Origin: Halieaceae bacterium
GTDB lineage: Bacteria; Pseudomonadota; Gammaproteobacteria; Pseudomonadales; Halieaceae
Length of the DNA stretch: 61,671 nt
Direction of reading: 5' to 3'
NCBI GenBank assembly: GCA_023253715.1
Contig: JALRFH010000186.1
Span: forward strand, 1-61,671
Below the pieces are notes generated by a model. The model made no database searches. It saw only the letters and a program-made list of their open reading frames with translations, and was not told where the DNA came from. This document shows positions 35,964-46,224 of this stretch, one piece after another; within the stretch, counting starts at the first letter, position 1; each line of letters begins with the position of its first letter. The position numbers and the translations under genes are program-made.

Positions 35964-36605
35964 ATGGATTGGTTCTCGATTCGAAAAAAACACACATTGG
36001 TCAGCGCCGAAACGGCATTACCCGACCGTCAACAGGTGCTGATACCCGGGCACGAGCATCTTATTTTTGGGCGCTCGATGTTGCCGCCTTACGCTGCTGA
36101 CGAGTCTATTATTTACTTGGGAATGGGTTGCTTTTGGGGCGCCGAGCGACGTATGTGGCAGCAAGACGGGGTCAGTTTGACCGCGGTGGGCTACGGCGGT
36201 GGCATCACTAAGAATCCGACCTACGAAGATGTTTGTAGCGGCAAGACGGCGCACGTTGAATTGGTCATGGTGGCTTACAAGCCCGATGTCACGACGCTTG
36301 ACGCACTACTAAAAGTCTTTTGGGAAGCCCATGATCCAACCCAAGGTATGCGTCAAGGTAATGATTTGGGAACTCAATACCGCTCGGCCATTTACACCAC
36401 GACGGACGAGCAGTTCCAGGTGGCGCAACTGTCTTGCGAGGCCTATCAAGCGGGTTTGAATGCGGCAGGATATGGCAATATCACCACCGAAATTGGCCCG
36501 TTTATTAATTTTTTCTTCGCCGAGGATTACCATCAGCAGTACCTGCACAAGAATCCAACTGGTTATTGTGGGTTGCGTGGAACTGGGGTGGCTTGCGCGC
36601 TTTAA
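35964..36605 (+). CDS. msrA: Peptide-methionine (S)-S-oxide reductase
   Basis: GMGCFWGAE, HDPTQGMRQGND, AEDYHQQYL. Confidence 0.96.
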   Translation: MDWFSIRKKHTLVSAETALPDRQQVLIPGHEHLIFGRSMLPPYAADESIIYLGMGCFWGAERRMWQQDGVSLTAVGYGGGITKNPTYEDVCSGKTAHVELVMVAYKPDVTTLDALLKVFWEAHDPTQGMRQGNDLGTQYRSAIYTTTDEQFQVAQLSCEAYQAGLNAAGYGNITTEIGPFINFFFAEDYHQQYLHKNPTGYCGLRGTGVACAL

Positions 36606-36607
36606 AA

Positions 36608-37324
36608 TCAGCCGATGAGTTTGCCCAGCAAGGCACTGACTGCCGTTTCTACGCGCATGATTCTAGCGCCTAAATTGGCGGGTTGTAGACCTGCGCACTG
36701 CAATACGTCGACCTCGTAGGAGATGAACCCACCTTCCGGGCCAATGGCTATGAGTCGGGGCTCGTCACGGTTACTGGGGTCCAGTCGCGTCTGTACGCGA
36801 TGGTCGCCCAGCCAGGCGTTCGGGTAGGACCGGACAAGCGCTGGTAAATGATCTTCAGCAAAAGGTTTGAAACCCTTGTGCCAATGCAGGCCAGGGGGCA
36901 CAGTGTCGCCCGCTTGCTCTAGTGCTGTGTGGATGGTGGTTTTTATGGCATCGGGCCTTAGGTAGGGCGATTGCCAATAGCTTTTTTCGACGCGGTAGCT
37001 GTTGATGATATGAATGGTCTCAACGCCAAGCTCGATGCTCGCGCTGAGTATCCGTCGCAGCATTTTAGGTCTGGGCAGAGCCAATACCAAGCATACAGGC
37101 TCTTTGCGCGGCGGCGGTTCTAGGAGTTCAACCTTGAGTACGGTTCGGGTTTTGCTGTGTTCAAGTACAATGCCCACACCGAGTTTTGCGCCGTACACGC
37201 CTACTTTGAGGTGGCTGCCGACTTCGGGTTTTATGACCTCGACGCAGTGTCTATGGGCATGCTCACTGAGCTGAACTTCAAAACGGTCATCCGGGGTATT
37301 GTGCTCGAGCAGGATGATATTCAC
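36608..37324 (-). CDS. rsmE: 16S rRNA m3U1498 methyltransferase
   Basis: ELGV, EQAG, IGPEGGF, LGARIMRVETA; GTG start overlaps the rimO stop. Confidence 0.9.
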   Translation of the reverse strand: MNIILLEHNTPDDRFEVQLSEHAHRHCVEVIKPEVGSHLKVGVYGAKLGVGIVLEHSKTRTVLKVELLEPPPRKEPVCLVLALPRPKMLRRILSASIELGVETIHIINSYRVEKSYWQSPYLRPDAIKTTIHTALEQAGDTVPPGLHWHKGFKPFAEDHLPALVRSYPNAWLGDHRVQTRLDPSNRDEPRLIAIGPEGGFISYEVDVLQCAGLQPANLGARIMRVETAVSALLGKLIG

Positions 37325-38655
37325 TACTCGACCCACAGATCGTATTCGTCAGCTCCGGTGATCTCGGCTGTGACTAAATCGCCCGGACGCAGGTCCGTGT
37401 AGCCCGGCAGGTGTACCACGCCATCGATTTCTGGTGCGTCACCACGGGTGCGACCGATGGCGCCCTCACTGTCGACATGGTCAATAATGAGCTGCTGCTC
37501 GGTACCAATTTTCGCCGCGCGCCGTTCAGCGCTGATGCTTTGTTGCAGTGCCATAAAGCGCTCCCAACGGTCTTGTTTTACCTCGTCGGCAACAGGGTTG
37601 GCCAGAGCGTTGGCCGGTGCACCTTCGACCGGTGAATATTGGAAGCAGCCAACGTTATCGAGCTGTGCTTCGCTGATAAAGTCGAGCAACTCTTGGAACT
37701 GGGCTTCCGTTTCGCCGGGGAAACCAACGATAAAGGTGCTTCGCAGGGATAAATCGGGACAAATTTTGCGCCAGTTATGAATCCGGTCGAGGACCTTCTC
37801 GGCGGCCGCAGGGCGTTTCATGGCTTTCAGTATGTCGTGCGATGCGTGCTGAAAGGGGATGTCCAAATAAGGCAGAATTTTACCTTCGGACATCAACGGG
37901 ATGACATTGTCGACATGGGGGTATGGGTAGACGTAATGCATACGCACCCACACGCCTAGGGAGCCCAATGCTTCGCTCAAAGCCAACATTTGCGTTTTTA
38001 CCGGGCGGCCATCCCAGAAATCGGTTTTGTATTTTAGATCGACGCCGTAAGCACTGGTATCTTGAGATACAACGAGGAGTTCTCGCACACCGCCGCGCAC
38101 CAGGGCTTCAGCCTCGCGCATGACATCGCCAGCGGGTCGGCTGACTAAATCGCCGCGCAAATGCGGGATAATGCAGAAGCTGCAGCGATGATTGCAGCCT
38201 TCCGAGATTTTCAGGTAAGCGTAGTGTCGCGGGGTGAGTTTAATACCATGATCGGGCACTAAGTCGATAAAGGGATTGTGATCTTGCGACTTGGGCACGT
38301 GGTGACGCACCGCTGTCATCACTTCTTCGTAGGCCGCAGGGCCTGTCACGCTCAATACTTTAGGGTGTAAGTCCTGAATACGTTTGGCGTCGTCGCCAGC
38401 GCCCATGCATCCAGTGACAATCACTCGACCGTTTTCGGCCAAAGCCTCGCCAATGGCGTCTAAGGATTCTTGTTTGGCACTATCGATGAATCCACAGGTG
38501 TTTACGATAACGAGGTCCGCTCCCTCGTACGAGCCACTAATGGCGTAGCCGTCGTGTTGCAGTTGGGTGAGAATCCGTTCGGAGTCGACCAGCGCTTTTG
38601 GGCAGCCGAGACTGACAAATCCGACGGTGGGGTTCTGTGATTGGGCTTTTGACAC
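37324..38655 (-). CDS. rimO: Ribosomal protein S12 methylthiotransferase
   Basis: [18 protein letters not shown], radical-SAM CNHRCSFC, C-terminal TRAM domain (DAPEIDG). Confidence 0.96.
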   Translation of the reverse strand: MSKAQSQNPTVGFVSLGCPKALVDSERILTQLQHDGYAISGSYEGADLVIVNTCGFIDSAKQESLDAIGEALAENGRVIVTGCMGAGDDAKRIQDLHPKVLSVTGPAAYEEVMTAVRHHVPKSQDHNPFIDLVPDHGIKLTPRHYAYLKISEGCNHRCSFCIIPHLRGDLVSRPAGDVMREAEALVRGGVRELLVVSQDTSAYGVDLKYKTDFWDGRPVKTQMLALSEALGSLGVWVRMHYVYPYPHVDNVIPLMSEGKILPYLDIPFQHASHDILKAMKRPAAAEKVLDRIHNWRKICPDLSLRSTFIVGFPGETEAQFQELLDFISEAQLDNVGCFQYSPVEGAPANALANPVADEVKQDRWERFMALQQSISAERRAAKIGTEQQLIIDHVDSEGAIGRTRGDAPEIDGVVHLPGYTDLRPGDLVTAEITGADEYDLWVE

Positions 38656-38717
38656 GCCGCCATATCCTTGAATAGAAAAAAAGCGATGATAGCACGGGTA
38701 GGGGCTCTACTTCTTGT

Positions 38718-39221
38718 CTACAAATCCCGATTGAACGTGGGCCCAAAAGCGCTAACACGCAGCTGTTTTTTTAAATGAGCCTGCAGTGATAGACACTCCT
38801 CTCGGTTGAGGAATTCGCCCACACGAACAGAGTGTGTTCGATCTTGAATGTAAAGCTCGGGGCCGTCCCAGGGGTGGTTTTCGGGGCGAATCGCTAAGCT
38901 GGTTTCGTCGCGGGGTAGGGTGTAGGTGAATTTTGGGGCATACACGCCCTTGTCAATTCGTACCGTATTGCCCTGAAAGGTAATGACATGCTTGAAGTGC
39001 AGTTTCCAGTGCACGTAATACAAAGATACGGCTAAAGCTGCGATTTCAAGTCCAGCAAAAGGCAAAATGGGCCAAGCCCCTAGGGTCCAAAAAAATACGG
39101 CGGCGCCGATCGAGGGGATCGCCAAAAAAATAATCATCTGCTTGTTTTGCTTCCAACTGGCGGATAAGTTGGGCTGTGCCACAATGACGTGTTGCTGGTC
39201 GTGATTCGACGCGTTGACCAA
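38718..39221 (-). CDS. DUF2244-like integral membrane protein
   Basis: PNLS, GAWPILPFAGLE and VGEFLN-EE motifs. Confidence 0.75.
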   Translation of the reverse strand: MVNASNHDQQHVIVAQPNLSASWKQNKQMIIFLAIPSIGAAVFFWTLGAWPILPFAGLEIAALAVSLYYVHWKLHFKHVITFQGNTVRIDKGVYAPKFTYTLPRDETSLAIRPENHPWDGPELYIQDRTHSVRVGEFLNREECLSLQAHLKKQLRVSAFGPTFNRDL

Positions 39222-39292
39222 AGGCTAATCTCCCGAAAAATCTGATGATAGTGGCTTTTTCGGCCATTCCCCAGACACTATTTACGCGCGAC

Positions 39293-39946
39293 CTAGAATG
39301 CTGGCTCACTTTCGAAGCTCAACCATTGGCCGGTAACAGGATGTTTCAGTGCCAGACGCTCTGCGTGCAAAAGAAGTCGATCAGAGCGTGATAGGCTGTC
39401 TGGATCGGCGTACAGATCGCAACCGAGTATGGGGTGCCCAATGCTTTGCAAATGTAAGCGCAGCTGATGTGATCGTCCAGTCACCGGATGCAAACGCAAG
39501 CGGGTACTGTTGTTGGTTCGTGATAATACCCTAAAGTGGGTAACCGAGGGTTTACCCCGTGCAAAACACACTTTTTGCCGCGGGCGATTTTCCCAGTCCG
39601 CTCGGAGGGGTAAGTCAATCGTGCCGCTGTCTTCTTTGATGTAGCCTGCGACAACGGCGATGTACGATTTAGCGACTTGTCGTAAGCGGAACTGGCGCGA
39701 CAGTTCCGCATGACGCTCCTTGCCCAAGGCCACAACCATGGTGCCTGAAGTGTCTAAGTCCAGTCGATGAACAATTCGTGCTTCAGGATGCGTTTGCTGC
39801 AGGCGAGCAATCAAACAATCTTTGTTGAGCGGATGTTTGCCGGGCACGCTGAGTAGAAAGTGCGGCTTAGTCACAAACAAAAGGTGCTCATCTTCGTACA
39901 AAATCCCGATGGGCTCTTGGGAGTGGGGTACGAGATAGTCGCTCAT
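39293..39946 (-). CDS. rluA: RluA-family pseudouridine synthase
   Basis: KP-LLSVPG, VHRLDLDTSG, PVTGRSHQLR, GHPILGC. Confidence 0.88.
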   Translation of the reverse strand: MSDYLVPHSQEPIGILYEDEHLLFVTKPHFLLSVPGKHPLNKDCLIARLQQTHPEARIVHRLDLDTSGTMVVALGKERHAELSRQFRLRQVAKSYIAVVAGYIKEDSGTIDLPLRADWENRPRQKVCFARGKPSVTHFRVLSRTNNSTRLRLHPVTGRSHQLRLHLQSIGHPILGCDLYADPDSLSRSDRLLLHAERLALKHPVTGQWLSFESEPAF

Positions 39947-39950
39947 TGCG

Positions 39951-40712
39951 CTAGCGATGTTGCAAAGCGGATAAATAACGCTGGATCGTTTGTTCTAGGC
40001 CTAAATACAGTGCGTCAGCGGTGAGTGCATGACCAATGGAAACTTCGGCCAAGTGGGGTACCTGACTAAACAGCGGTAAATTATCGAGATTCAGGTCGTG
40101 CCCTGCATTGACTCCCAGCCCTGCGCCGTGGGCCGCTTCCGCTGTACGTGCGAATAGCTCCAAACTCTGCTGACTGTGGCCTCGCTCGAATTCGCGGGCG
40201 AATGACTCGGTATAGAGCTCTACTCGATCAGCGCCAAGGTCGGCGGCGATGGTGACAGTGTTGGGGTTTGGGTCGACAAACACACTGCTGCGTACGCCCC
40301 AATCCTTCAGTTGTTTGAGGATGGGGCGAAGCTTATTCGCGTCGCGCTCTAAGTCAAAGCCGTGATCCGATGTCAGTTGATGATTGGCATCCGGCACAAG
40401 GGTACATTGTGCGGGTCGAATGGCGTCGACTAAGGCCATGAAACCTGGGTAATCACTAACGCCCTGGCGCGTGCTTGGCATTGGGGGACTGAAGGGATTG
40501 CCTTCGATGTTGAGTTCAACACTGATGGCTTGTTTTAAGTCGTAGCAGTCATCGACACGAATATGTCGCTGGTCGGGGCGGGGATGCACAGTAATGCCAT
40601 GAGCGCCGTAGCCGATACAACGCAAGGCGTAATCGACGACCGACGGAATTACGGTATCACGCGAATTTCTCAGCAGGGCGACTTTGTTCACGTTAACGCT
40701 TAACGCAATCAC
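39951..40712 (-). CDS. pdxJ: Pyridoxine 5'-phosphate synthase
   Basis: GITVHPRPDQRHI, ELNIEGNP, RVELYT, VNAGHDL, EVSIGHAL. Confidence 0.93.
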   Translation of the reverse strand: MIALSVNVNKVALLRNSRDTVIPSVVDYALRCIGYGAHGITVHPRPDQRHIRVDDCYDLKQAISVELNIEGNPFSPPMPSTRQGVSDYPGFMALVDAIRPAQCTLVPDANHQLTSDHGFDLERDANKLRPILKQLKDWGVRSSVFVDPNPNTVTIAADLGADRVELYTESFAREFERGHSQQSLELFARTAEAAHGAGLGVNAGHDLNLDNLPLFSQVPHLAEVSIGHALTADALYLGLEQTIQRYLSALQHR

Positions 40713-41323
40713 GGTTTATTGGTCCAAGTCACGGTGTTAATTACGATGGGTTTTGTTGGGCTGTCAGTAAAAGCTCCACCGCGGTTCTTGGTGGCAACCG
40801 TTGCGATGTAATCGACGGTGCTCATGCTGAGTTTGTCTTGAACTTTTCCAAACACCGCGTAACCCGCTTTGCCTGGCGCCCAGTCCAAACGGAGATTATT
40901 GCGATGATTAATAAAAAATTGATCCGTGGCGGAGTCCGGATCATCGGTACGCGCCATCGCAATCGTCCCGCGAACATTGTGGAGTTTGGTTTTTTTGGCT
41001 TCGTTTTCAATAGGAGCGTCGCTGGCTAAGGGTTCGTACTTTTGGTTAAATCCGCCCGCTTGAATCATAAAGCCGCTGATCACACGATGAAAAATCGAGC
41101 CTTCGTAGTGTCCAGAATCGACGTAGTTCAAAAAGTTTTGCACCGTAATAGGGGCTTTGCGATGAAATAGGCACAGCGTGATATCGCCTTCTGATGTCTC
41201 GATTTTGACCACAGGCGAAGGGTCCACTCCGGTCTCGCATTCTTGTGCGTACAGTGTAGGCGCGCTGATCAACGCCAAACTTGTGAGTAGGCTCCGAATG
41301 GTTGCCCTAAAAGGTTGAATCAT
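40709..41323 (-). CDS. ppiA: Periplasmic cyclophilin-type peptidyl-prolyl isomerase
   Basis: Signal peptide; APITVQNF, FHRVISGFMIQAGG, GTIAMART, QFFIN, GYAVFGKV. Confidence 0.9.
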   Translation of the reverse strand: MIQPFRATIRSLLTSLALISAPTLYAQECETGVDPSPVVKIETSEGDITLCLFHRKAPITVQNFLNYVDSGHYEGSIFHRVISGFMIQAGGFNQKYEPLASDAPIENEAKKTKLHNVRGTIAMARTDDPDSATDQFFINHRNNLRLDWAPGKAGYAVFGKVQDKLSMSTVDYIATVATKNRGGAFTDSPTKPIVINTVTWTNKP

Positions 41324-41326
41324 GAT

Positions 41327-42010
41327 TTAAGCCCACCCTGAGTTGCGTTTACGTTGTGGCCACAGACGCGGAACCAATAAAGCAATCAAAACCCCCAGGC
41401 CGACGGCTAGAGCACCGTCCATAAATTGGCTGTTTTCCATACGCTCGCGCAAGCGCTGGTTCTCTGCTTGGGTCATTTCGAACTCAGTGGTGAGTTCTTC
41501 GACACGCTGAGTCAAGACTTGATTGCGCGCTTCGATATTGATTGCATCCTCCGATAGGCTGCGCAAGTTCTCGAGGGCCTCTCGGGTTTCCGATAGATCC
41601 GTCTGCGCTTGATTCATAGCGGCTACCGCGCTGTCTTTTTCAGTGTTCAGTCGATCGACGTCGGCCTGCAAGCTTTGCATGCGGGTTTTAAGCTGAGCTT
41701 GATCGCCTTGCATGTTTTCAAGCACCGTGCGGGCGGGCGGTTCGTCCATAAGATACTGAGTGCGAATCCATCCCTGGGTGCCATTTTGGGTGGTCACTTC
41801 CGCGAATTCAGTGTCGTCGCTCAGTTGTATTACCTCAAGTTGCGTCCCACTGGGTAGACCGCGGTGAACAATACGAAATTGGCCGCCCGGGCCACTGCGG
41901 AGCGGGACGAAGTGTTTGTCGCTAATGTACTGTACCTCGGCACTTGCGAGTGTGCTGGTCAGAGTCAAAGTTGCTGCCAGTAAGGCCAAAAGTTGTCGCA
42001 CAGACATCAT
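41327..42010 (-). CDS. SH3-domain coiled-coil protein (YgiM/TIGR04211-like)
   Basis: Signal peptide, YISD..LRSGPG, GWI..QYL, long coiled coil, C-terminal TM and basic tail. Confidence 0.85.
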   Translation of the reverse strand: MMSVRQLLALLAATLTLTSTLASAEVQYISDKHFVPLRSGPGGQFRIVHRGLPSGTQLEVIQLSDDTEFAEVTTQNGTQGWIRTQYLMDEPPARTVLENMQGDQAQLKTRMQSLQADVDRLNTEKDSAVAAMNQAQTDLSETREALENLRSLSEDAINIEARNQVLTQRVEELTTEFEMTQAENQRLRERMENSQFMDGALAVGLGVLIALLVPRLWPQRKRNSGWA

Positions 42011-42067
42011 GGTAATCTCACAAAATGGGTAGTATAACGCCGCTGGGATTAGGTCTAAACCTCAAGT

Positions 42068-42364
42068 TCATGGAAGCGCTTTGCGGTAGGGTTTGATGGT
42101 CACCGATTCGAACAACCCAGCCAGAGCATAGGGATCATTAACCGCCCATTGTTCGGCATCTGTTTGGGTGTCGAAATCGGCAATGATCAAACTACCCTCA
42201 ATGGCGACACTGGGGTCGGGACTCGCTTCGCTGGGTATGGGGCCGGCAACGATCAATCGACCGGCGTCGACTAAGGGTTTAATGTGATCTAGGTGTGCGG
42301 GGCGCGTCGCGGCGCGTAGTTCGCCGTGATTGGCTTTGTCGGTGCATAAAATGATAAACAGCAT
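42068..42364 (-). CDS. yciI: YciI family protein
   Basis: RPAHL, AGP, GSLIIADF, DPY motifs. Confidence 0.9.
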   Translation of the reverse strand: MLFIILCTDKANHGELRAATRPAHLDHIKPLVDAGRLIVAGPIPSEASPDPSVAIEGSLIIADFDTQTDAEQWAVNDPYALAGLFESVTIKPYRKALP

Positions 42365-42365
42365 T

Positions 42366-42965
42366 TCAAGGGTCCTGTTCGGTTGATGCCGATGTGTCTT
42401 TGGTGAGGTGAGGTGCCATCAGAATCGCGGTCAGCACTGTCAGTAGCAAAGTAAAACCAATGGCTGAGTAAAGCTTATAGCTTACCCAGGCGTCTTCACT
42501 GAAGGTGTAGGCTACCCACAGATTGAGTCCCCCTACTATCGTGAAATGACACGCCCACAGAAGATTGAGTGTTGTCCACGCGCGCTGTGGTAATTGTAGC
42601 TGCGTGCCCAAGGTGCGTTCCATGATCGTTTTTTTGCCGATGAACTGCGAACCGAAAAACAACAGGCCTAGAGCCCAATTAAAAATAGTCGGTTTCCATT
42701 GAATGAACAGCTCGTTGCGAAATAAAACCGTCGCGGCGCCAAAGACGAGAACCGCAGCGAGCATCCACAAACCGCGTTTTTCGAATTTTCGCTCCCATAA
42801 GGCCAAACCAAACACTTGAAGAGTGGTTGCGATCATTAGAATCGCGGTGGCACTGTAAATGCCGTCCATGGTGTAGTGCCAGTCGCCGAAGCTCAGGGTT
42901 TCGCCATTCATCTGATAGCTGAGAAAAAATAAAGCGATGGGTACAAATTCCAGCAGTTGTTTCAT
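42366..42965 (-). CDS. yciB: Inner membrane protein YciB (septation protein A)
   Basis: MKQLLEFVPIALFF, FIQWKPTI, WV-YKL. Confidence 0.9.
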   Translation of the reverse strand: MKQLLEFVPIALFFLSYQMNGETLSFGDWHYTMDGIYSATAILMIATTLQVFGLALWERKFEKRGLWMLAAVLVFGAATVLFRNELFIQWKPTIFNWALGLLFFGSQFIGKKTIMERTLGTQLQLPQRAWTTLNLLWACHFTIVGGLNLWVAYTFSEDAWVSYKLYSAIGFTLLLTVLTAILMAPHLTKDTSASTEQDP

Positions 42966-43072
42966 CGGGCCTCGTAGGTGATCGTGTTACACTAGCGCTA
43001 TGGTAACGCAACACGCTGTAAAAGACTTGTTGCAATTGGCTGATCACGCTGAAAAGGTGAAAAGAAGCGCTC

Positions 43073-43912
43073 ATGTCGTTACGGGTGGATTTACATACGC
43101 ACAGCAACTGGTCCGATGGTGCTCTGTCAGTGCAGGACTTGTTGTCGCGTGCGCTAGACGCCGATATTCACACTCTGGCGCTCACTGATCACGATACCGT
43201 GACGGGCTACGATGTCGCCGTCCAGTGCCTGTCACAAGATTCGCAAAGTTCGATGCGATTGGTGCCGGGAACTGAATTGTCGTGCGTATGGCAGGGGATC
43301 ACGATCCATGTCGTCGGTTTGAACTTTGACCCAAATAATGCGGATCTTAGGGCGTATTTTGAGCATCTCGATCAGGCTCGCAGTGAGCGCGCGGCCTTGA
43401 TCGCCCAGCGCTTGTCGAAAGAGGGTTTCGAAGGTGCCTTGATGGGTGCGCAGGCGCTGGCGGGTGAAGCCCAAGTAGGGCGTCCGCACTTCGCTCGTTG
43501 GATGGTTGATGCGGGGCACTGCGACTCTATGAATACCGCTTTTAAACGGTGGTTAGGGCGCGGTAAGCTGGGTGATGTTAAAGTGTTTTGGCCCACCCTG
43601 GAGCAAGCGGTAACGGTGCTGGTTAAGGCGGGAGGCGTTCCCGTTTTGGCTCACCCTCAGCATTACGGTTTGACTCGGGCTAAACTCAAACGCTTGGTGA
43701 GTCATTTTGTCAGTGTCGGTGGTCAAGCTTTGGAGTTGCCCCTCGGGCAAGACCATGCGGAGGCTGCCGTGTACGTGAGGCGTCTGCTGCGCGAATTTGG
43801 CTTGAGTGTGTCTTTGGGTAGTGATTTTCATGCGGATTCTGAGTGGGGGCCGCGTTTGGGTTTGGACACTGCCATTGTGAGTGATCTGAACCCAGTTTGG
43901 GCCGGCTGGTAA
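43073..43912 (+). CDS. PHP-domain protein (YciV/TrpH, RNase AM-like)
   Basis: DLHTHSNWSDG, LTDHD, GRPHFA, AHP, GSDFH; precedes yciO. Confidence 0.88.
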   Translation: MSLRVDLHTHSNWSDGALSVQDLLSRALDADIHTLALTDHDTVTGYDVAVQCLSQDSQSSMRLVPGTELSCVWQGITIHVVGLNFDPNNADLRAYFEHLDQARSERAALIAQRLSKEGFEGALMGAQALAGEAQVGRPHFARWMVDAGHCDSMNTAFKRWLGRGKLGDVKVFWPTLEQAVTVLVKAGGVPVLAHPQHYGLTRAKLKRLVSHFVSVGGQALELPLGQDHAEAAVYVRRLLREFGLSVSLGSDFHADSEWGPRLGLDTAIVSDLNPVWAGW

Positions 43913-43938
43913 ACAGTGCGGCCAAAGGAGTGTAGACA

Positions 43939-44562
43939 GTGAGTCAATTTTTTCAGATCCATCCCGATAATCCGCAAGTTCGGCTCATTAAGCAGGCCGT
44001 TGATATTATCCGGTCCGGTGGGGTGGTCGTCTATCCAACGGATTCGGCCTATGCCTTGGGTTGCCATATTGGTGATAAGCGAGCCCTAGATACCATTCGC
44101 CGAATTCGAAAGCTTGATGACAAACACAATTTCACTTTGGTGTGTCGGGATTTGTCGGAGCTGGCTAATTTTGCCCGCGTTGACAATGCGGCATACCGTT
44201 TGTTGAAGGCAGCGACACCTGGCCCATACACCTTTATCCTCAAGGCTACGCCCGAGGTGCCGCGGCGCTTGCTGCACGCAAAACGTAAGACGATTGGTTT
44301 GCGCGTGCCAGATAATACGATTGCCAAGGCTTTGCTCGAAGAACTCAACGAGCCGATGATGAGTGTGACTTTGATTATGCCCGGAGACAAGGATCCGCTG
44401 ATCGACCCTTACGAAATTCGCGATTTATTGGAGCACGATGTCGATTTGGTCATTGATGGCGGTTATTGCGGCCTAGAAATGACCAGCGTGATTGATTTGG
44501 CCGATGACGAGCCTGTGTTGGTGAGGCAAGGTAAAGGGGATATTGCCCTCTTTGGGCTATAG
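43939..44562 (+). CDS. yciO: Sua5/YciO/YrdC family protein
   Basis: MSQFFQIHPDNPQ, YPTDSAY, PGPYTFIL, RKTIGLRVP. Confidence 0.9.
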   Translation: MSQFFQIHPDNPQVRLIKQAVDIIRSGGVVVYPTDSAYALGCHIGDKRALDTIRRIRKLDDKHNFTLVCRDLSELANFARVDNAAYRLLKAATPGPYTFILKATPEVPRRLLHAKRKTIGLRVPDNTIAKALLEELNEPMMSVTLIMPGDKDPLIDPYEIRDLLEHDVDLVIDGGYCGLEMTSVIDLADDEPVLVRQGKGDIALFGL

Positions 44563-44607
44563 TCGGGTATACTTGCACTACACTCGAGACGAGTGAAGGA
44601 GAATACG

Positions 44608-45465
44608 TTGAGTCATCCAACCGCTGGCGCAAAAGGCGCTAGCCCATTTAATCCAAAAGCGGTCATGGGGCCGCCGTTGCCGCAGCAAGGTGAAATGCCT
44701 TTTGCCGTGGTCATGGGGCAAGCTTTGACTGAGTTGCCCAAGGATTTGTACATTCCACCGCAGGCTCTGGAAGTGATTCTTGAGGCTTTTGAGGGGCCGC
44801 TCGATTTGCTTTTGTATCTGATCCGGCGGCAGAATTTGGACATACTCGATATTGATGTTTCCGATATCACTGAGCAGTACATGCAGTACGTCGAACTGAT
44901 GGATGCACTGCAATTTGAGCTTGCGGCGGAATACCTGTTGATGGCGGCCATGCTCGCTGAGATCAAATCCAGAATGCTGTTGCCTCGCCAAGTCGTCGAT
45001 GAAGAAGACGAGGAAGATCCGCGGGCGCAGTTGATTCGTCGGTTGCAAGAGTACGAGCGTTTCAAAAAGGCCGCAGAAGACATTGATGATTTGCCGAGGG
45101 TGGATCGGGATGTCTTTTTAACCAGCGCCGCGCCACCAGTCATTGAGCGCGTACGTCCAGAGCCCGAGGTTGGTTTGCAGGAAATATTGATCGCCTTTGC
45201 TGAGGTCATGGCGCGAGCCAATATGTTCGAAAGCCATCATATTCAGCGCGAGGCATTGTCGACTCGCGAGCGGATGTCGCAGGTGCTGGAGCGTCTCTCG
45301 GGTGAGAGCTTTTTGCCGTTTGTATCGCTGTTTAAAGCCGAAGAAGGCCGGATGGGCGTTGTGGTTACTTTCTTGGCCATCATGGAGCTGATTAAAGAAT
45401 CGCTCGTTGAAATTGTTCAAACTGAGGCCTTTGGGCCCATTCATGTTAAGGCTCGAGTGTCATGA
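44608..45465 (+). CDS. scpA: Segregation and condensation protein A
   Basis: FEGPLDLLLYLI, AAEYLLMAA, EDPRAQL, VTFLAIMEL; TTG 44608 follows AAGGAG (ORF track GTG 44593). Confidence 0.93.
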   Translation: MSHPTAGAKGASPFNPKAVMGPPLPQQGEMPFAVVMGQALTELPKDLYIPPQALEVILEAFEGPLDLLLYLIRRQNLDILDIDVSDITEQYMQYVELMDALQFELAAEYLLMAAMLAEIKSRMLLPRQVVDEEDEEDPRAQLIRRLQEYERFKKAAEDIDDLPRVDRDVFLTSAAPPVIERVRPEPEVGLQEILIAFAEVMARANMFESHHIQREALSTRERMSQVLERLSGESFLPFVSLFKAEEGRMGVVVTFLAIMELIKESLVEIVQTEAFGPIHVKARVS

Positions 45466-46184
45466 GTGAAATTAACCTCGCTAATATCGTGGAGGCTACT
45501 TTATTTGCCGCGGGGAAACCGCTTTCTACTGCGCAACTGCGAGAAGTCTTCGAAGAGCATGAGCGGCCTGACCCCGATGCTATTAAAGAGGCGATTGAGC
45601 AACTGCAAGTGCGTTATGAGTCAACCGGCCTTGAATTGGTTCGCGTGGCCAGTGGGTTTCGATTTCAAGTGCGTCAAAATTTGTCTGAATGGGTGGCGCG
45701 TCTCTCTGAAGAGCGTCCGCAGCGCTATTCACGTGCACTGTTGGAGACCTTGGCCTTGATTACCTACCGGCAACCGATAACGCGTGGCGAGATCGAGGAA
45801 ATTCGCGGTGTTGCGGTTAGCAGTAATATCATCAAAACGCTCCTTGAGCGCTCATGGGTGCGGGTCGTTGGGCATCGCGATGTGCCCGGTCGTCCAGCCA
45901 TGTATGCGACGACTCGTCAGTTTTTAGACTACTTCAATTTAAAAAGTCTGGATCAGTTGCCACCACTGGCGGAAGTGCGAGACTTTGATACCCTTAATGC
46001 AGAGCTGGGATTTGCCGATCCAGCCGGTGCCGAAGAGGAAACGCAAGTCGAGGTCGAAGAGACTGCAGCCCCTGTGGCCTCTGGCGATGATCGCGAGGCT
46101 CCAATATCAGATGACTATGAGAGCGCGTACGAGCAGCAAGACGATGAGTCTGTGGATGACGTGCTTTCACGCGAGTTTGATTAA
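45462..46184 (+). CDS. scpB: Segregation and condensation protein B
   Basis: EATLFA, SRALLETLALITYRQPITRGEIEEIRGV, GRP; acidic tail. Confidence 0.95.
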   Translation: MSEINLANIVEATLFAAGKPLSTAQLREVFEEHERPDPDAIKEAIEQLQVRYESTGLELVRVASGFRFQVRQNLSEWVARLSEERPQRYSRALLETLALITYRQPITRGEIEEIRGVAVSSNIIKTLLERSWVRVVGHRDVPGRPAMYATTRQFLDYFNLKSLDQLPPLAEVRDFDTLNAELGFADPAGAEEETQVEVEETAAPVASGDDREAPISDDYESAYEQQDDESVDDVLSREFD

Positions 46185-46224
46185 ACTCTATTCACTAAAT
46201 CTTACACAATCGACGGGATGTTGA

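Noticed and set aside
42986-43007. Imperfect palindrome GTTAC-AC-TAGCGCTA-TG-GTAAC between yciB and the PHP gene
   Set aside because: Short and mismatched, with no recognisable consensus; could be chance.
44608-46184. scpAB without smc, as a possible Wadjet/Mks-like defence system
   Set aside because: The sequences are canonical ScpA/ScpB in the usual yciO-scpAB-rluB context; smc is commonly unlinked, and no JetC/JetD-like genes are present.
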